The notes under the pieces were generated by a model. The model saw only the letters and a program-made list of their open reading frames with translations. It had not been told where the DNA came from and ran no database searches. The translations under genes were made by a program, and so were the position numbers. Below are positions 47,762 to 57,031 of a stretch of 64,000 bases of DNA, one piece after another. The DNA is from Novosphingobium sp. (lineage in GTDB: Bacteria > Pseudomonadota > Alphaproteobacteria > Sphingomonadales > Sphingomonadaceae): assembly GCA_024236235.1 (NCBI GenBank), contig JACKKV010000007.1:6330-70329 (forward strand). Direction: 5' to 3'. Positions within the stretch are counted from its first letter, which is position 1, and each line of letters starts with the position of its first letter.

Positions 47762-48247
47762 ATGGCCACGGAGCCTAAATGGTACGCCATTATCGATGGC
47801 GCTCAGGATCCGCGCCTGGTCGACCTGGTTCAGCAATGCAGCGAACGCAGTTGCCTGTTCAAGGGGGAGTCCGCCCGGTCACTGGCCGGGGTGGCGCCCT
47901 GGCTGGTGCGGATCGCCACTGACGAAGCCTTGCTGGCCACCTGGCAGGAACATGGCCGCGGGCGGAACTGGGGGGTGATGCTGCTCTCTTCGCTTTCGCT
48001 TGCCGAATTGCAGCGTCATTTCCGCAAGTTCCTGCAGGCAAAATTGCCTGACGGAACAATTGCCCTGTTCCGCTTTTACGACCCCAGAGTGTTCAGGGCC
48101 TACATCACCGCCGCAACCCCGGCGGAGCGGGCCAGCCTGTTTCAGGGTATCGTGCAATATGCGGTGGAGCGCGAGGATGATGCGGGCCTTCACCAGTACA
48201 CCCTGCGCGACGAGCAATTGCTGGACGGCAGTGCCCTCGTCGCCTAG
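47762..48247 (+). CDS. DUF4123 domain protein (T6SS effector adaptor/chaperone family), short form
   Basis: YAIIDGAQDPRL...APWLV...FRFYDPRVF pattern. 161 aa. Its stop overlaps the convergent nadA stop. Confidence 0.7.
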   Translation: MATEPKWYAIIDGAQDPRLVDLVQQCSERSCLFKGESARSLAGVAPWLVRIATDEALLATWQEHGRGRNWGVMLLSSLSLAELQRHFRKFLQAKLPDGTIALFRFYDPRVFRAYITAATPAERASLFQGIVQYAVEREDDAGLHQYTLRDEQLLDGSALVA

Positions 48248-49233
48248 CGCGTCCCCAAATCTCCCTTGCCCACGGTCCCGCTCGCCATTTCCAGCATCCT
48301 GTCGAGCGATTTTTTCGCCGCCAGCCTCAGCCCTTCCTCGATCTCGATGCGCGGTTCCAGATCGCGCAGCGCGACATAGAGCTTCTCCATCGTGTTAAGC
48401 GCCATATAGGGGCAGATATTGCAGTTGCAGTTGCCATCCGCGCCCGGCGCGCCGATGAACTGCTTGCCAGGCAGCGCCTTTTCCATCTGGTGGATGATGT
48501 GCGGTTCGGTCGCGACGATCAGCGTGTCGCCTTCGAACGTCCTGGCGAAATTGAGGATGCCGCTGGTTGACCCGACATAGTCCGCATGATCGATGATCGC
48601 GGGCGGGCATTCCGGATGGGCGGCCACGGGCGCGCCGGGGTGCTGCGCCTTGAGCTTCATCAGCTCGGTCTCGCTGAACGCCTCGTGCACGATGCACACG
48701 CCCGGCCAGAGCAGCATCTCGCGGTTGAACTTGCGGCTGAGGTAACCGCCCAGATGCCGGTCCGGCCCGAAGATGATCTTCTGGTCCAGCGGGATTTGCT
48801 GAAGGATCGTTTCCGCGCTGGAGGAGGTGACGATCACGTCGCTGAGCGCCTTCACCTCGGTCGAGCAGTTGATGTAGGTCAGTGCGATATGATCGGGGTG
48901 TGCTTCGCGGAAAGCCTTGAACTTTTCGGGCGGGCAGGAATCCTCCAGGCTGCACCCGGCCTCCATGTCGGGCAGCACCACGATCTTTTCGGGGGACAGG
49001 ATCTTGGCGGTGTCGGCCATGAACTTGACCCCGCAAAAGGCGATCACTTCGGCGTCAGTGGCCGCCGCCTTTTTCGACAGTTCAAGCGAATCCCCCACGA
49101 AATCGGCGATGTCCTGAATATCGGGCGTCTGGTAATAATGCGCCAGGATCACCGCCTTGCGCTCCTTGCGCAGGCGTTTGATTTCTTCGATCAGGTCCGT
49201 TCCGGGGGGCAGTTTCGTCTCAATGCTCATCAA
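48244..49233 (-). CDS. nadA: Quinolinate synthase
   Basis: VILAHYYQ start region and conserved Cys ligands. 329 aa. Confidence 0.92.
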   Translation of the reverse strand: MMSIETKLPPGTDLIEEIKRLRKERKAVILAHYYQTPDIQDIADFVGDSLELSKKAAATDAEVIAFCGVKFMADTAKILSPEKIVVLPDMEAGCSLEDSCPPEKFKAFREAHPDHIALTYINCSTEVKALSDVIVTSSSAETILQQIPLDQKIIFGPDRHLGGYLSRKFNREMLLWPGVCIVHEAFSETELMKLKAQHPGAPVAAHPECPPAIIDHADYVGSTSGILNFARTFEGDTLIVATEPHIIHQMEKALPGKQFIGAPGADGNCNCNICPYMALNTMEKLYVALRDLEPRIEIEEGLRLAAKKSLDRMLEMASGTVGKGDLGTR

Positions 49234-49275
49234 TATTGTCCGTTTTCAATTGGTCTGTCTTTGCCGCCGGAACGC

Positions 49276-50148
49276 CTATTGCACAAGGCTCCAGCGTTCA
49301 TTCTCGCGGCTGACCAGCCCGCGCCGTTCAAGATCGATCAGATGCGCGAGCACGGACATCCCCGCCGCCGGATACAGCACCGGGTCCGTGCCCTTGTACA
49401 TGTCGGGCACCATGGCCACGATTTCCTGCGCACCGCGTTCGAGCTGACGCAAAATCTGCCGTTCGCGCTGGCGGCGATGGCCGATCATGCCGCGCACCAG
49501 CTGGCGCGGCTTCTCCACCGCCGGGCCGTGCGCCGGGTAATAGATGCGGTCCTCGCGCTCGTGCAGCAGCTGGAGCGACTGCATATATGTGGCCATGTCG
49601 CCATCGGGCGGGATCACAACGCTGGTGGACCAGGCCATGACATGATCGCCGGTGAACAGTGCGCCCGATTCCTCCAGCGCGAAGCACAGGTGATTGGACG
49701 TATGGCCGGGCGTGGCGACGGCATGAAGCGTCCAGCCCGCCCCGGCAATCGCTTCGCCGTCGTTCAGCACGCGGTCAGGGGCGTAAGTGGTGTCGAATGC
49801 GGCATCCAGACGCGGCCCGCTGACGTCCAGCGCCAGCTCCGCACAGCCGATAACGGGCGCGCCCGTGCGTTCGCGCAGTGGCGCGGCGGCGGGCGAGTGA
49901 TCGCGATGCGTATGCGTGCAGCAGATCGCGGCGACCCTGGCATCACCGATCGCGGCGTAGAGTGCCTCAAGATGCTCCGGATTGTCAGGCCCCGGATCGA
50001 TTACCGCCAACGCATCATGCCCGCCGACCAGATAGGTTTGCGTGCCGGTATAAGTGAAGGGTGAGGGGTTGGGCGCCAGCACGCGCCGCACCAGCGGTTC
50101 CAGCTGTTCCGCAAGTCCGGTAGGCCAGGGTTTGGGTGGTCCTTTCAT
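49276..50148 (-). CDS. MBL-fold metallo-hydrolase
   Basis: THTHRDH motif. 290 aa. Confidence 0.85.
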   Translation of the reverse strand: MKGPPKPWPTGLAEQLEPLVRRVLAPNPSPFTYTGTQTYLVGGHDALAVIDPGPDNPEHLEALYAAIGDARVAAICCTHTHRDHSPAAAPLRERTGAPVIGCAELALDVSGPRLDAAFDTTYAPDRVLNDGEAIAGAGWTLHAVATPGHTSNHLCFALEESGALFTGDHVMAWSTSVVIPPDGDMATYMQSLQLLHEREDRIYYPAHGPAVEKPRQLVRGMIGHRRQRERQILRQLERGAQEIVAMVPDMYKGTDPVLYPAAGMSVLAHLIDLERRGLVSRENERWSLVQ

Positions 50149-50216
50149 TTGTTGGCATATGGGGGCTAGGCCGGGATGAGTCGAGAGTCGAACGGGCCGC
50201 GGCCGGGGAGTGTGTG

Positions 50217-51689
50217 ATGGATGAACAGCTGATCCTGGTGCTGGATGAAGGGACCACCTCCACCCGGGCGATGGCTTTCACGCCCGCCGGCGCGCTGTGC
50301 GCGGTGGCTCAGCGCGAACTGACGCAGCATTATCCGCGCCCGGGGTGGGTGGAACATGATCCGGCGGAAATCTGGGATCGCACGCTGGCCTGCGCGCAGG
50401 CTGTGGTCGGCCAGGCGGGCGGGGCCGGGCGGATTGCCGCAATCGGCATTACCAACCAGCGCGAAACGGTGGTGGCCTGGGACCGCCACACGCTGGCCCC
50501 GCTCGCCCGCGCGCTGGTGTGGCAGGACCGGCGCACCGCCCCGTTGTGCGATCAATTGCGCGATGAAGGCCATGAACCCGCGGTGCAGACGCAGACCGGC
50601 CTGCTGCTCGACCCCTATTTCTCGGCCACCAAGATGCGCTGGCTGCTCGCCAATGAACCGGCCGTGGCCGATGCGGCCGCCAGCGGCAGGTTGGCGCTGG
50701 GCACGATTGACAGCTGGCTGCTGGCGCGGCTGACGGGCGGGGCGCATCTGGCGGAGGCCAGCAACGCCAGCCGGACGCTGCTGCTCGGCCTGACGGGCGC
50801 TGACTGGGATGAAGGGCTGTGCGACCTGTTCGGCCTGCCGCGCGCGGCGCTGGGCGAAGTGGTGGACAGCGCCGGCGAAGTCGCGCGCAGCTCTGCAGAA
50901 ATCTTCGGGCGGGCCATCCCGATCTGCGGCATCGCCGGTGATCAGCAGGCGGCGACCATCGGCCAGGCCTGTCTTGCGCCCGGCGAGACCAAGGCGACTT
51001 ACGGCACCGGCGCCTTCGTGCTGGCCAATATGGGCGACATGGTTCCGCAATCGGCGCATCGCCTGCTGGGCACGGTGCTGTGCCAGATCGGCGGGAAGCG
51101 ACAATATGCGCTGGAAGGTTCGGCCTTTGTCGCGGGCAGCCTGATCAAATGGCTGCGCGATTCGCTCGGGCTGATCGCGCAATCGGGCGAAACCGCCGCT
51201 CTGGCCGCGTCCGTTCCCGACAGCGGCGGGGTGATCGTCGTTCCCGCGCATACCGGGCTGGGCGCGCCACACTGGCGGCCGCAGGCGCGCGGGCTGATCA
51301 GCGGGCTCAGCTTTGCCAGCGGCAGGGCGCAGATCGTGCGCGCCGCGCTGGAGGCGATGGCGCATCAGACGCATGATCTGGCCACCGCCTTTGCCGCAGA
51401 CGGGGCGGGGTGGACGCGGCTGCGGATCGATGGCGGCATGGCTGCGAATGACTGGATGGCGCAGGATCTGGCCGATATGCTTGACCTTGTCGTGGAGCGG
51501 CCCGATTTTATCGAAACCACGGCGCTGGGGGCAGCCATGCTGGCGGCGCATGGGGCGGGGATATATTCCACGCTTGCCGATGCGGCAGGCGCGATGCGCG
51601 GCTCGCTTCACACCTTTTCGCCCGCGCTTGATCCGGCGGTCCGGGAGGAGCGGTTGCGCCGCTGGCACGCGGCGCTGGCGGCCGCCTAG
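50217..51689 (+). CDS. glpK: Glycerol kinase
   Basis: LDEGTTSTRA, GWVEHDP and ITNQRET motifs. Start at MDEQLILV (50217). Confidence 0.92.
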   Translation: MDEQLILVLDEGTTSTRAMAFTPAGALCAVAQRELTQHYPRPGWVEHDPAEIWDRTLACAQAVVGQAGGAGRIAAIGITNQRETVVAWDRHTLAPLARALVWQDRRTAPLCDQLRDEGHEPAVQTQTGLLLDPYFSATKMRWLLANEPAVADAAASGRLALGTIDSWLLARLTGGAHLAEASNASRTLLLGLTGADWDEGLCDLFGLPRAALGEVVDSAGEVARSSAEIFGRAIPICGIAGDQQAATIGQACLAPGETKATYGTGAFVLANMGDMVPQSAHRLLGTVLCQIGGKRQYALEGSAFVAGSLIKWLRDSLGLIAQSGETAALAASVPDSGGVIVVPAHTGLGAPHWRPQARGLISGLSFASGRAQIVRAALEAMAHQTHDLATAFAADGAGWTRLRIDGGMAANDWMAQDLADMLDLVVERPDFIETTALGAAMLAAHGAGIYSTLADAAGAMRGSLHTFSPALDPAVREERLRRWHAALAAA

Positions 51690-51958
51690 GCGGCGTGGAC
51701 AAATTCCGCACGGCCACGGCCGGAACCCAAAAACGTCAGTTTAAGGAGTGAGGGCGAAGGACATGCTGGCATATTCAAGGACGAACGACGCAGAAATGGC
51801 GTTTTTGGGTCCGGCCCCTGCGGGGTTCGGCCCAATTGGACGCCGGCCGCGTTGCTCAGCCTTGAAAGAGAACCACTCTTCCTTCGGCTTCGCGCCTTAC
51901 CAGCGCCCAATTGGGCATCGAACCGTGGTTCGCGTGGAATTTGTCCACGCCGCCTAGG
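51685..51958. repeat. 274-bp element bounded by 23-bp perfect terminal inverted repeats (MITE-like or a large structured element)
   Basis: CCTAGGCGGCGTGGACAAATTCC at 51685-51707, with its exact reverse complement at 51936-51958. Nested inverted repeat: ACCCAAAAACG (51725-51735) and CGTTTTTGGGT (51800-51810). The left repeat contains the glpK stop codon. Confidence 0.7.
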
Positions 51959-52178
51959 CAGCGTCGACCGGTGGACTGTCGCGGCCAATCCCTGTTGCGC
52001 CCCTATGAGATTCCACGCCGGGGCTTTACGCATGCCCAGCTGCAGCCATGCCAGTACATCGAAAACCCGGCCCGGTGCGGGACGGTATTGACCGGCGGTG
52101 AGAGCGCCTGACGCGCGAGCGAACTGATCTTTCGGTTGACGAAGCCGCATGTCAGGTGGCAATCGGCCTCTCGCACGA

Positions 52179-52252
52179 GCGGGTATAGCTTAGTGGTAAA
52201 GCCCTAGCCTTCCAAGCTAGTTATGCGGGTTCGATTCCCGCTACCCGCTCCA
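52179..52252 (+). tRNA. tRNA-Gly (TCC)
   Basis: Hand-folded. Acceptor GCGGGTA/TACCCGC, anticodon stem CTAGC/GCTAG with loop CTTCCAA, T-loop TTCGATT, encoded CCA. Confidence 0.9.
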
Positions 52253-52321
52253 AGTGTTTGTTTTTCAATAATTTTTTTGGGACTTATTGCGGCCCGTCCG
52301 CGAGTGGCCTCGCCCGCGCGG

Positions 52322-52801
52322 TCAGTGCCTGCCGGCACGCGATTCCACACTTGCCCCCAGCCGGTCGCGCAGGCGCTGCAGCGCCCCCGGCATGACCGCG
52401 AAATTCTCGCGCCAGGCCGCATCGAGGCGCGAAATGCGGGCATAGAAGCGTTCTGTATTTTCGATCAGATTGCGAATTTCGGGATGGATGAGCGCTATTT
52501 GCTGCGGATCGCTCTCCGCGCTGGCACGGGGCAACCGCCCGCTGCGACGCAGCTGGAAATCGCTCAATTCGCCATTGAGATAGGCTTTCTGGTTCAGCAG
52601 CCAGGCAATCGCATGCATCATCCGGGTGGTGGTGCGCAGCGCCTCGCACGACAGGGCGATGCGGGCCAGATCCTCGTCCCCGGCCAGCTCGTCCAGCCGC
52701 CCGGACATGTCAAAGGCTGCGCGCACCTCGTCGGCGAGCAGCAGGGCCTCGGTATAGAGGCCTTCGATGATATGCGGGTTGATGTCAGTGGTCTTGTTCA
52801 T
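52322..52801 (-). CDS. rcdA: DUF1465 family protein (RcdA-type protease adaptor family)
   Basis: EGLYTEALLLADEVRAAF...LSCEALRTTTRMMHAIAWLL pattern typical of DUF1465. Confidence 0.7.
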   Translation of the reverse strand: MNKTTDINPHIIEGLYTEALLLADEVRAAFDMSGRLDELAGDEDLARIALSCEALRTTTRMMHAIAWLLNQKAYLNGELSDFQLRRSGRLPRASAESDPQQIALIHPEIRNLIENTERFYARISRLDAAWRENFAVMPGALQRLRDRLGASVESRAGRH

Positions 52802-52952
52802 GGCTCAGCCAAGCCGCCTATAGGCGCTGCGCGTGATGCGCCACCGGGCAGGGGTGGAAAAACCGGGTCAATTTTCAACTGTCCCTAAGCGGAACTGTTC
52901 TGGCGCCCGCTTAAGGATGCGCACCCGGTCCGCACGCCCCCGCGCGGCGCAA

Positions 52953-53150
52953 TCAGGCAATGATATCGGGCAACAAATGATCCTCGATCATCGCGATCTG
53001 GTCCTTCAGGCGCAATTTGCGCTTCTTCAGCCGGGCGATCTGCAGCTGGTCCTGGCTTTCGGCGGCGATCAGCGCATCAATCGCGGTGTCGAGATCGCGA
53101 TGTTCCATGCGCAGCAATTCCAGCGTCTTGCGCATTTCTTCTTCGGTCAC
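52953..53150 (-). CDS. DUF465 (YdcH-like) small protein
   Basis: LRMEHRDLDTAIDAL...IARLKKRKLRLKDQI. GTG start at 53150, or ATG at 53135. Confidence 0.7.
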   Translation of the reverse strand: MTEEEMRKTLELLRMEHRDLDTAIDALIAAESQDQLQIARLKKRKLRLKDQIAMIEDHLLPDIIA

Positions 53151-53350
53151 GTCTTGTCCCCGCTTCGCATGGCTGCCCGGTGATTCGGCACGGCAGAGCC
53201 ATGCCCTGCCGCATGCCACGATGGAATGGCTTCGCAAATTAGGAATAATGTGATTGGATGGCAATCGCGCGGCTTCGCCGTTGCTGGTGTGAGTCGCCTG
53301 CCGGGGAGCGATCCCGGGCCGACACCCTGCAACCTTAAAGGAGGTAGCCA

Positions 53351-53512
53351 ATGCAATCGTCCCATCTCAGCGCACTGCGGCTCAAACACGAGGGTCTGGA
53401 ACAGATGATCCGCGAAGAGATGAACCGCCCTTCGCCGGATGAGTCGACCCTGCAGGATCTCAAGAAGCGCAAGCTGCGAATCAAGGAGGAACTGTCTGAG
53501 TTCACAGCCTAG
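53351..53512 (+). CDS. DUF465 (YdcH-like) small protein, divergent paralog
   Basis: Hand translation gives MQSSHLSALRLKHEGLEQMIREEMNRPSPDESTLQDLKKRKLRIKEELSEFTA (53 aa). Strong RBS: AAGGAGGTAGCCAATG. Too short for the ORF track. Confidence 0.75.
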   Translation: MQSSHLSALRLKHEGLEQMIREEMNRPSPDESTLQDLKKRKLRIKEELSEFTA

Positions 53513-53525
53513 CATAGTCGAGCGG

Positions 53526-53552
53526 CCCCGCGCCCCGCAGGCGGGCGCGGGG
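53526..53552 (+). terminator. GC-rich hairpin after the DUF465 gene
   Basis: CCCCGCGCCC-cgcaggc-GGGCGCGGGG, a perfect 10-bp stem. There is no clear U-tract. Confidence 0.4.
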
Positions 53553-53623
53553 GTTGCCGCCCGGGCATTCCTGTCCACTGGGCGCTTTGCAATAATCTTT
53601 CCGTGCTATAGGCGCGGTCTGTC

Positions 53624-55894
53624 ATGACCGCAGCATCAGCCGCCCGTTCGATCCTCACGCGCCTTCACGATGTGATGGCATCGCGCCTGCACGCGCAGGC
53701 CAAGCTCAACCAGGTCGTCGAGATCATCGGTGAATCCCTGGATAGCGAGGTATGCTCGATCTACCTGCTGCGCGAAGGCATGCTTGAACTCTTCGCGACC
53801 CGTGGCCTCAACCAGAGCGCGGTTCACGTCACCCGCATGGCGATTGGCGAAGGTTTGACCGGGACCATCGCCGAACGGGTGGAAACGCTCAATCTGGCAG
53901 AAGCGGCGGCTCACCCTGATTTCCAGTATCGCCCCGAAACCGGCGAGGAAAAGTTCCACTCCTTTGCCGGCGTGCCGATCGTGCGCCGCGAACGCGCGGT
54001 AGGCGTTTTGTGCGTTCAGCATGTCGATCCGCGCCGTTATGAGGAAGTGGAGATCGAGGCGCTGCAGACCGTGGCCATGGTGCTGTCCGAACTCATCTCC
54101 AACGCCGAGCTGGTGGATGACGAGGACGTGCTGGGTGCCAATGCGGATCAGACCAGCCCGGAAATCCTGAAGGGGCTGACGCTGGTCAAGGGACTGGCCA
54201 TGGGCACCGCAGTGTTTCACCAGCCGCGCATTCACGTCGAGCATATGGTGGCCGAAGATACGGAAGCCGAACGCCAGCGGGTGCTGACCGCCTTTGACAA
54301 GATGCGCGAACAGATCGACCGGATGGCGGGGCAGGCGGAATTCGGCAAGGGCGGGGAGCATGAGGAAGTGCTCCAGACCTACAAGATGTTCGCTTATGAC
54401 GAAGGCTGGACCCGGCGCATCAACGAAGCGATTGACAGCGGGCTGACCGCCGAAGCCGCGATCGAACGGGTGCAGCAGCGCACCCGCATGCGCATGCGCC
54501 AGATTGACGATCCGCTGCTGGCGGACCGGATGCACGACCTGGAAGATCTGGCGAACCGCCTGCTGCGGATCGTTTCGGGTCAGCTGGGCACGGCGGCCAC
54601 GCTGGGCCTGCGCTCGGACACGATCCTGCTGGCGCGCAATCTTGGCCCGGCCGAACTGCTCGAATATGACAAACGCCGCCTCAAGGGCGTGATCCTTGAG
54701 GAAGGCTCGCTCACTGCGCATGTGGTGATCGTGGCGCGCGCCATGGGCGTGCCGGTGATCGGGCGGATCCGCAGCCTGCGCGCGCTGGTGCGCGATGGCG
54801 ACCAGCTGCTGGTCGATGGCGATGCGGGCACGGCCACGGTCCGCCCCAGCCAGTCGATGCAGGATGCGTTCGAGGCACGCTTCGCCAAGAGCAAGGAACG
54901 CCAGGCGGGCTATGCCAAGCTCAAGGATGTGCGCCCGGTTACGCGCGACGGGGTGCGGGTACATGTGATGATCAATGCGGGCCTGCGCGATGACACGGCC
55001 ATGCTCAACCTGACCGGTGCGGACGGCATCGGGCTGTTCCGCACCGAATTCCAGTTCCTCGTCGCGGCTGCACTGCCGCAACGGGAACGCCAGACCCGGC
55101 TGTATCGCGACGTGCTGGAAGCGGCGGGCGATCGCCCGGTGGTGTTCCGCACGGTCGATGTGGGGGGGGACAAGGCGCTGCCCTATCTGCGGGTCGATGC
55201 GGCGGATCAGGAAGAAAACCCGGCCATGGGCTGGCGCGCGCTGCGTCTGGCGCTCGAACGTGAAGGGCTGATGAAGGTGCAGGCCCGTGCGCTGCTGGAA
55301 GCCGCCGCCGGGCGCACGCTCAACGTCATGTTCCCGATGGTGTCGGAGCCGTGGGAATTCGACGAGGCCAGGGCCGTGTTCGAAGAACAGCGCCTGCTGC
55401 TGAAGAACAACAGGAAAATGCTGCCCGAAACGATCAATTACGGGGCAATGCTGGAAGTGCCCTCGCTGGCCGAGATGCTGGACGTGCTGCTGCCCAAGCT
55501 GGCGTTCCTCTCGATCGGCACTAATGACCTGACGCAGTTCCTGTTCGCCGCTGACCGGTCGAACCCCAAGCTGGCCGAACGCTATGACTGGGTCAGCCCG
55601 GCGATCCTGCGTTTCCTGCGCCGGATTGTCGTCAGCAATCAGGATCATGGGGTAAGCCTTGGCATCTGCGGCGAGATGGGCGGGCGGCGGCTGGAAGCGC
55701 TGGCGCTGATCGGGCTGGGTTACAATCGCCTGTCAATCACCCCGGCGGCGGTCGGGCCGATCAAGGAACTGGTGTGCAAGCTTGACGCTTCGGAAATCCG
55801 CACCGCGATGGAAGGCTGGCTCGCCAACCCGCCTGCGGATATGCGCGCCACGCTGCGCCAATGGGCGCAGGAGCATGAACTGGATGTCGACTGA
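53624..55894 (+). CDS. ptsP: Phosphoenolpyruvate-protein phosphotransferase EI-Ntr (GAF-PTS enzyme I)
   Basis: N-terminal GAF domain, PEP-utilising enzyme domains, and SIGTNDLTQF motif. 756 aa. Confidence 0.92.
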   Translation: MTAASAARSILTRLHDVMASRLHAQAKLNQVVEIIGESLDSEVCSIYLLREGMLELFATRGLNQSAVHVTRMAIGEGLTGTIAERVETLNLAEAAAHPDFQYRPETGEEKFHSFAGVPIVRRERAVGVLCVQHVDPRRYEEVEIEALQTVAMVLSELISNAELVDDEDVLGANADQTSPEILKGLTLVKGLAMGTAVFHQPRIHVEHMVAEDTEAERQRVLTAFDKMREQIDRMAGQAEFGKGGEHEEVLQTYKMFAYDEGWTRRINEAIDSGLTAEAAIERVQQRTRMRMRQIDDPLLADRMHDLEDLANRLLRIVSGQLGTAATLGLRSDTILLARNLGPAELLEYDKRRLKGVILEEGSLTAHVVIVARAMGVPVIGRIRSLRALVRDGDQLLVDGDAGTATVRPSQSMQDAFEARFAKSKERQAGYAKLKDVRPVTRDGVRVHVMINAGLRDDTAMLNLTGADGIGLFRTEFQFLVAAALPQRERQTRLYRDVLEAAGDRPVVFRTVDVGGDKALPYLRVDAADQEENPAMGWRALRLALEREGLMKVQARALLEAAAGRTLNVMFPMVSEPWEFDEARAVFEEQRLLLKNNRKMLPETINYGAMLEVPSLAEMLDVLLPKLAFLSIGTNDLTQFLFAADRSNPKLAERYDWVSPAILRFLRRIVVSNQDHGVSLGICGEMGGRRLEALALIGLGYNRLSITPAAVGPIKELVCKLDASEIRTAMEGWLANPPADMRATLRQWAQEHELDVD

Positions 55895-56074
55895 ACCGGT
55901 TTCACGACCGGGACAGATTGTTTTACACGCGCCGGTCTGGCTTCACCGCAGATATGGCGCGCTTGGCCGATTGTTGCGCCCGTCATGGTGATGCAACCTT
56001 GACTTGCCATGGCTGCGCTTATTCTGTGCAGCCCGAACGTCGCACGGGTCGCAGCTCTCGCAAACAGGAATTGC

Positions 56075-56902
56075 ATGGAAGAAGTACAGAACGAGAGCGC
56101 GGGGGAAGCGCGGTCCGGTGGTGTCGGCGATCGCCTGCGCGCCGCGCGGGAGGCGTCAGGCCGCACGCTTGAGCAGCTGGCGGCGGACACCCGCATCAGC
56201 CTGCGCCATCTTGGACTGATCGAACAGGGCAAGTTTGGCGAACTGCCGGCTCGCACTTATGCGATCGGCTTTTCGCGCACTTATGCCCGTGCCGTCGGCC
56301 TTGATGAGGCCGCGGTGCTCGACGATGTGCGCACGGCGCTGGAGCAGGCGGAGGGGAGCTATCCCCGGCGCATGGGCAATTCGCTTGAACCGGGCGATCC
56401 GGCCCGGCTGCCCTCGCGCGGGCTGGGCTGGATTGCGGCCGGTGCCATTGGCGCGCTGCTGATCGGGCTGTTCCTGTTTGCGGGCGACATGTTTTCGCCC
56501 GGCATCACGCCCGCCCCGCTGACCGCTGAACGGCAGGCCCCGGCGGCGGCGCAGCGACCGGTAGTGGCAACGCCTGCGCCCGGCGCATCCACCGCAGGGG
56601 GTGAAGTCGTATTTACCGCGCTGGAGGACGGGATCTGGGTCAAGTTCTATGACAAGGACGGACGCCAGCTGATGCAAAAGCAGATGATGGCGGGCGAACG
56701 TTATGTCGTGCCCGGCGATGCGCAGGGACCGCAAATCTGGACGGGCCGCCCCGATGCGCTGGACATCACGATCGGCGGACGCAAGGTGCCGCGGCTGGCC
56801 GAAAACCAGACCATCATCAAGGATGTGCCGGTCACAGCAGAGGCGCTGAACGCCCGCGCGGCGCCCCCGGCCCCCGCTTCACCCGCTTCTCCCACAGCTT
56901 AG
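56075..56902 (+). CDS. rodZ: RodZ-like helix-turn-helix cytoskeletal protein (HTH plus TM plus DUF4115)
   Basis: GDRLRAAREASGRTLEQLAADTRISLRHLGLIEQGKF HTH, a TM segment, and a C-terminal DUF4115-like part. Start at MEEVQ (56075). Confidence 0.7.
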   Translation: MEEVQNESAGEARSGGVGDRLRAAREASGRTLEQLAADTRISLRHLGLIEQGKFGELPARTYAIGFSRTYARAVGLDEAAVLDDVRTALEQAEGSYPRRMGNSLEPGDPARLPSRGLGWIAAGAIGALLIGLFLFAGDMFSPGITPAPLTAERQAPAAAQRPVVATPAPGASTAGGEVVFTALEDGIWVKFYDKDGRQLMQKQMMAGERYVVPGDAQGPQIWTGRPDALDITIGGRKVPRLAENQTIIKDVPVTAEALNARAAPPAPASPASPTA

Positions 56903-56907
56903 TCGCC

Positions 56908-56931
56908 CCGCCCGCTCGACAGGGCGGGCGG
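56908..56931 (+). terminator. Hairpin after the rodZ-like gene
   Basis: CCGCCCGC-tcgacagg-GCGGGCGG. The downstream T-tract is weak. Confidence 0.35.
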
Positions 56932-57031
56932 CCATGTTGCACATAGCGTTCGCGGCACAGGGGCGGGCCGTTAATCCGGCGTTCTGCCTCGCCCGGCCAT
57001 GCATGTTGGACTGGTAACAGGAGCGGATCGG

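Noticed and set aside
51748-51957. 69-aa ORF inside the inverted-repeat element, and its minus-strand counterpart 51686-52162
   Set aside because: Both end in the same EFVHAA peptide only because they read through the two arms of the terminal inverted repeat. There is no good RBS spacing and no family resemblance.
53636-55648. 670-aa ORF antisense to ptsP. Similar long antisense ORFs: 14956-16608, 25853-27109, 34579-36171, 36461-37921, 38970-40493, 43993-45144, 45871-46992, 46772-47836, 50166-51668, 57816-58982 and 63196-63936.
   Set aside because: Each lies opposite a gene with strong family motifs. The translations are Arg/Gly/His/Pro-rich with no domain signatures. These are the high-GC mirror-frame artefact.
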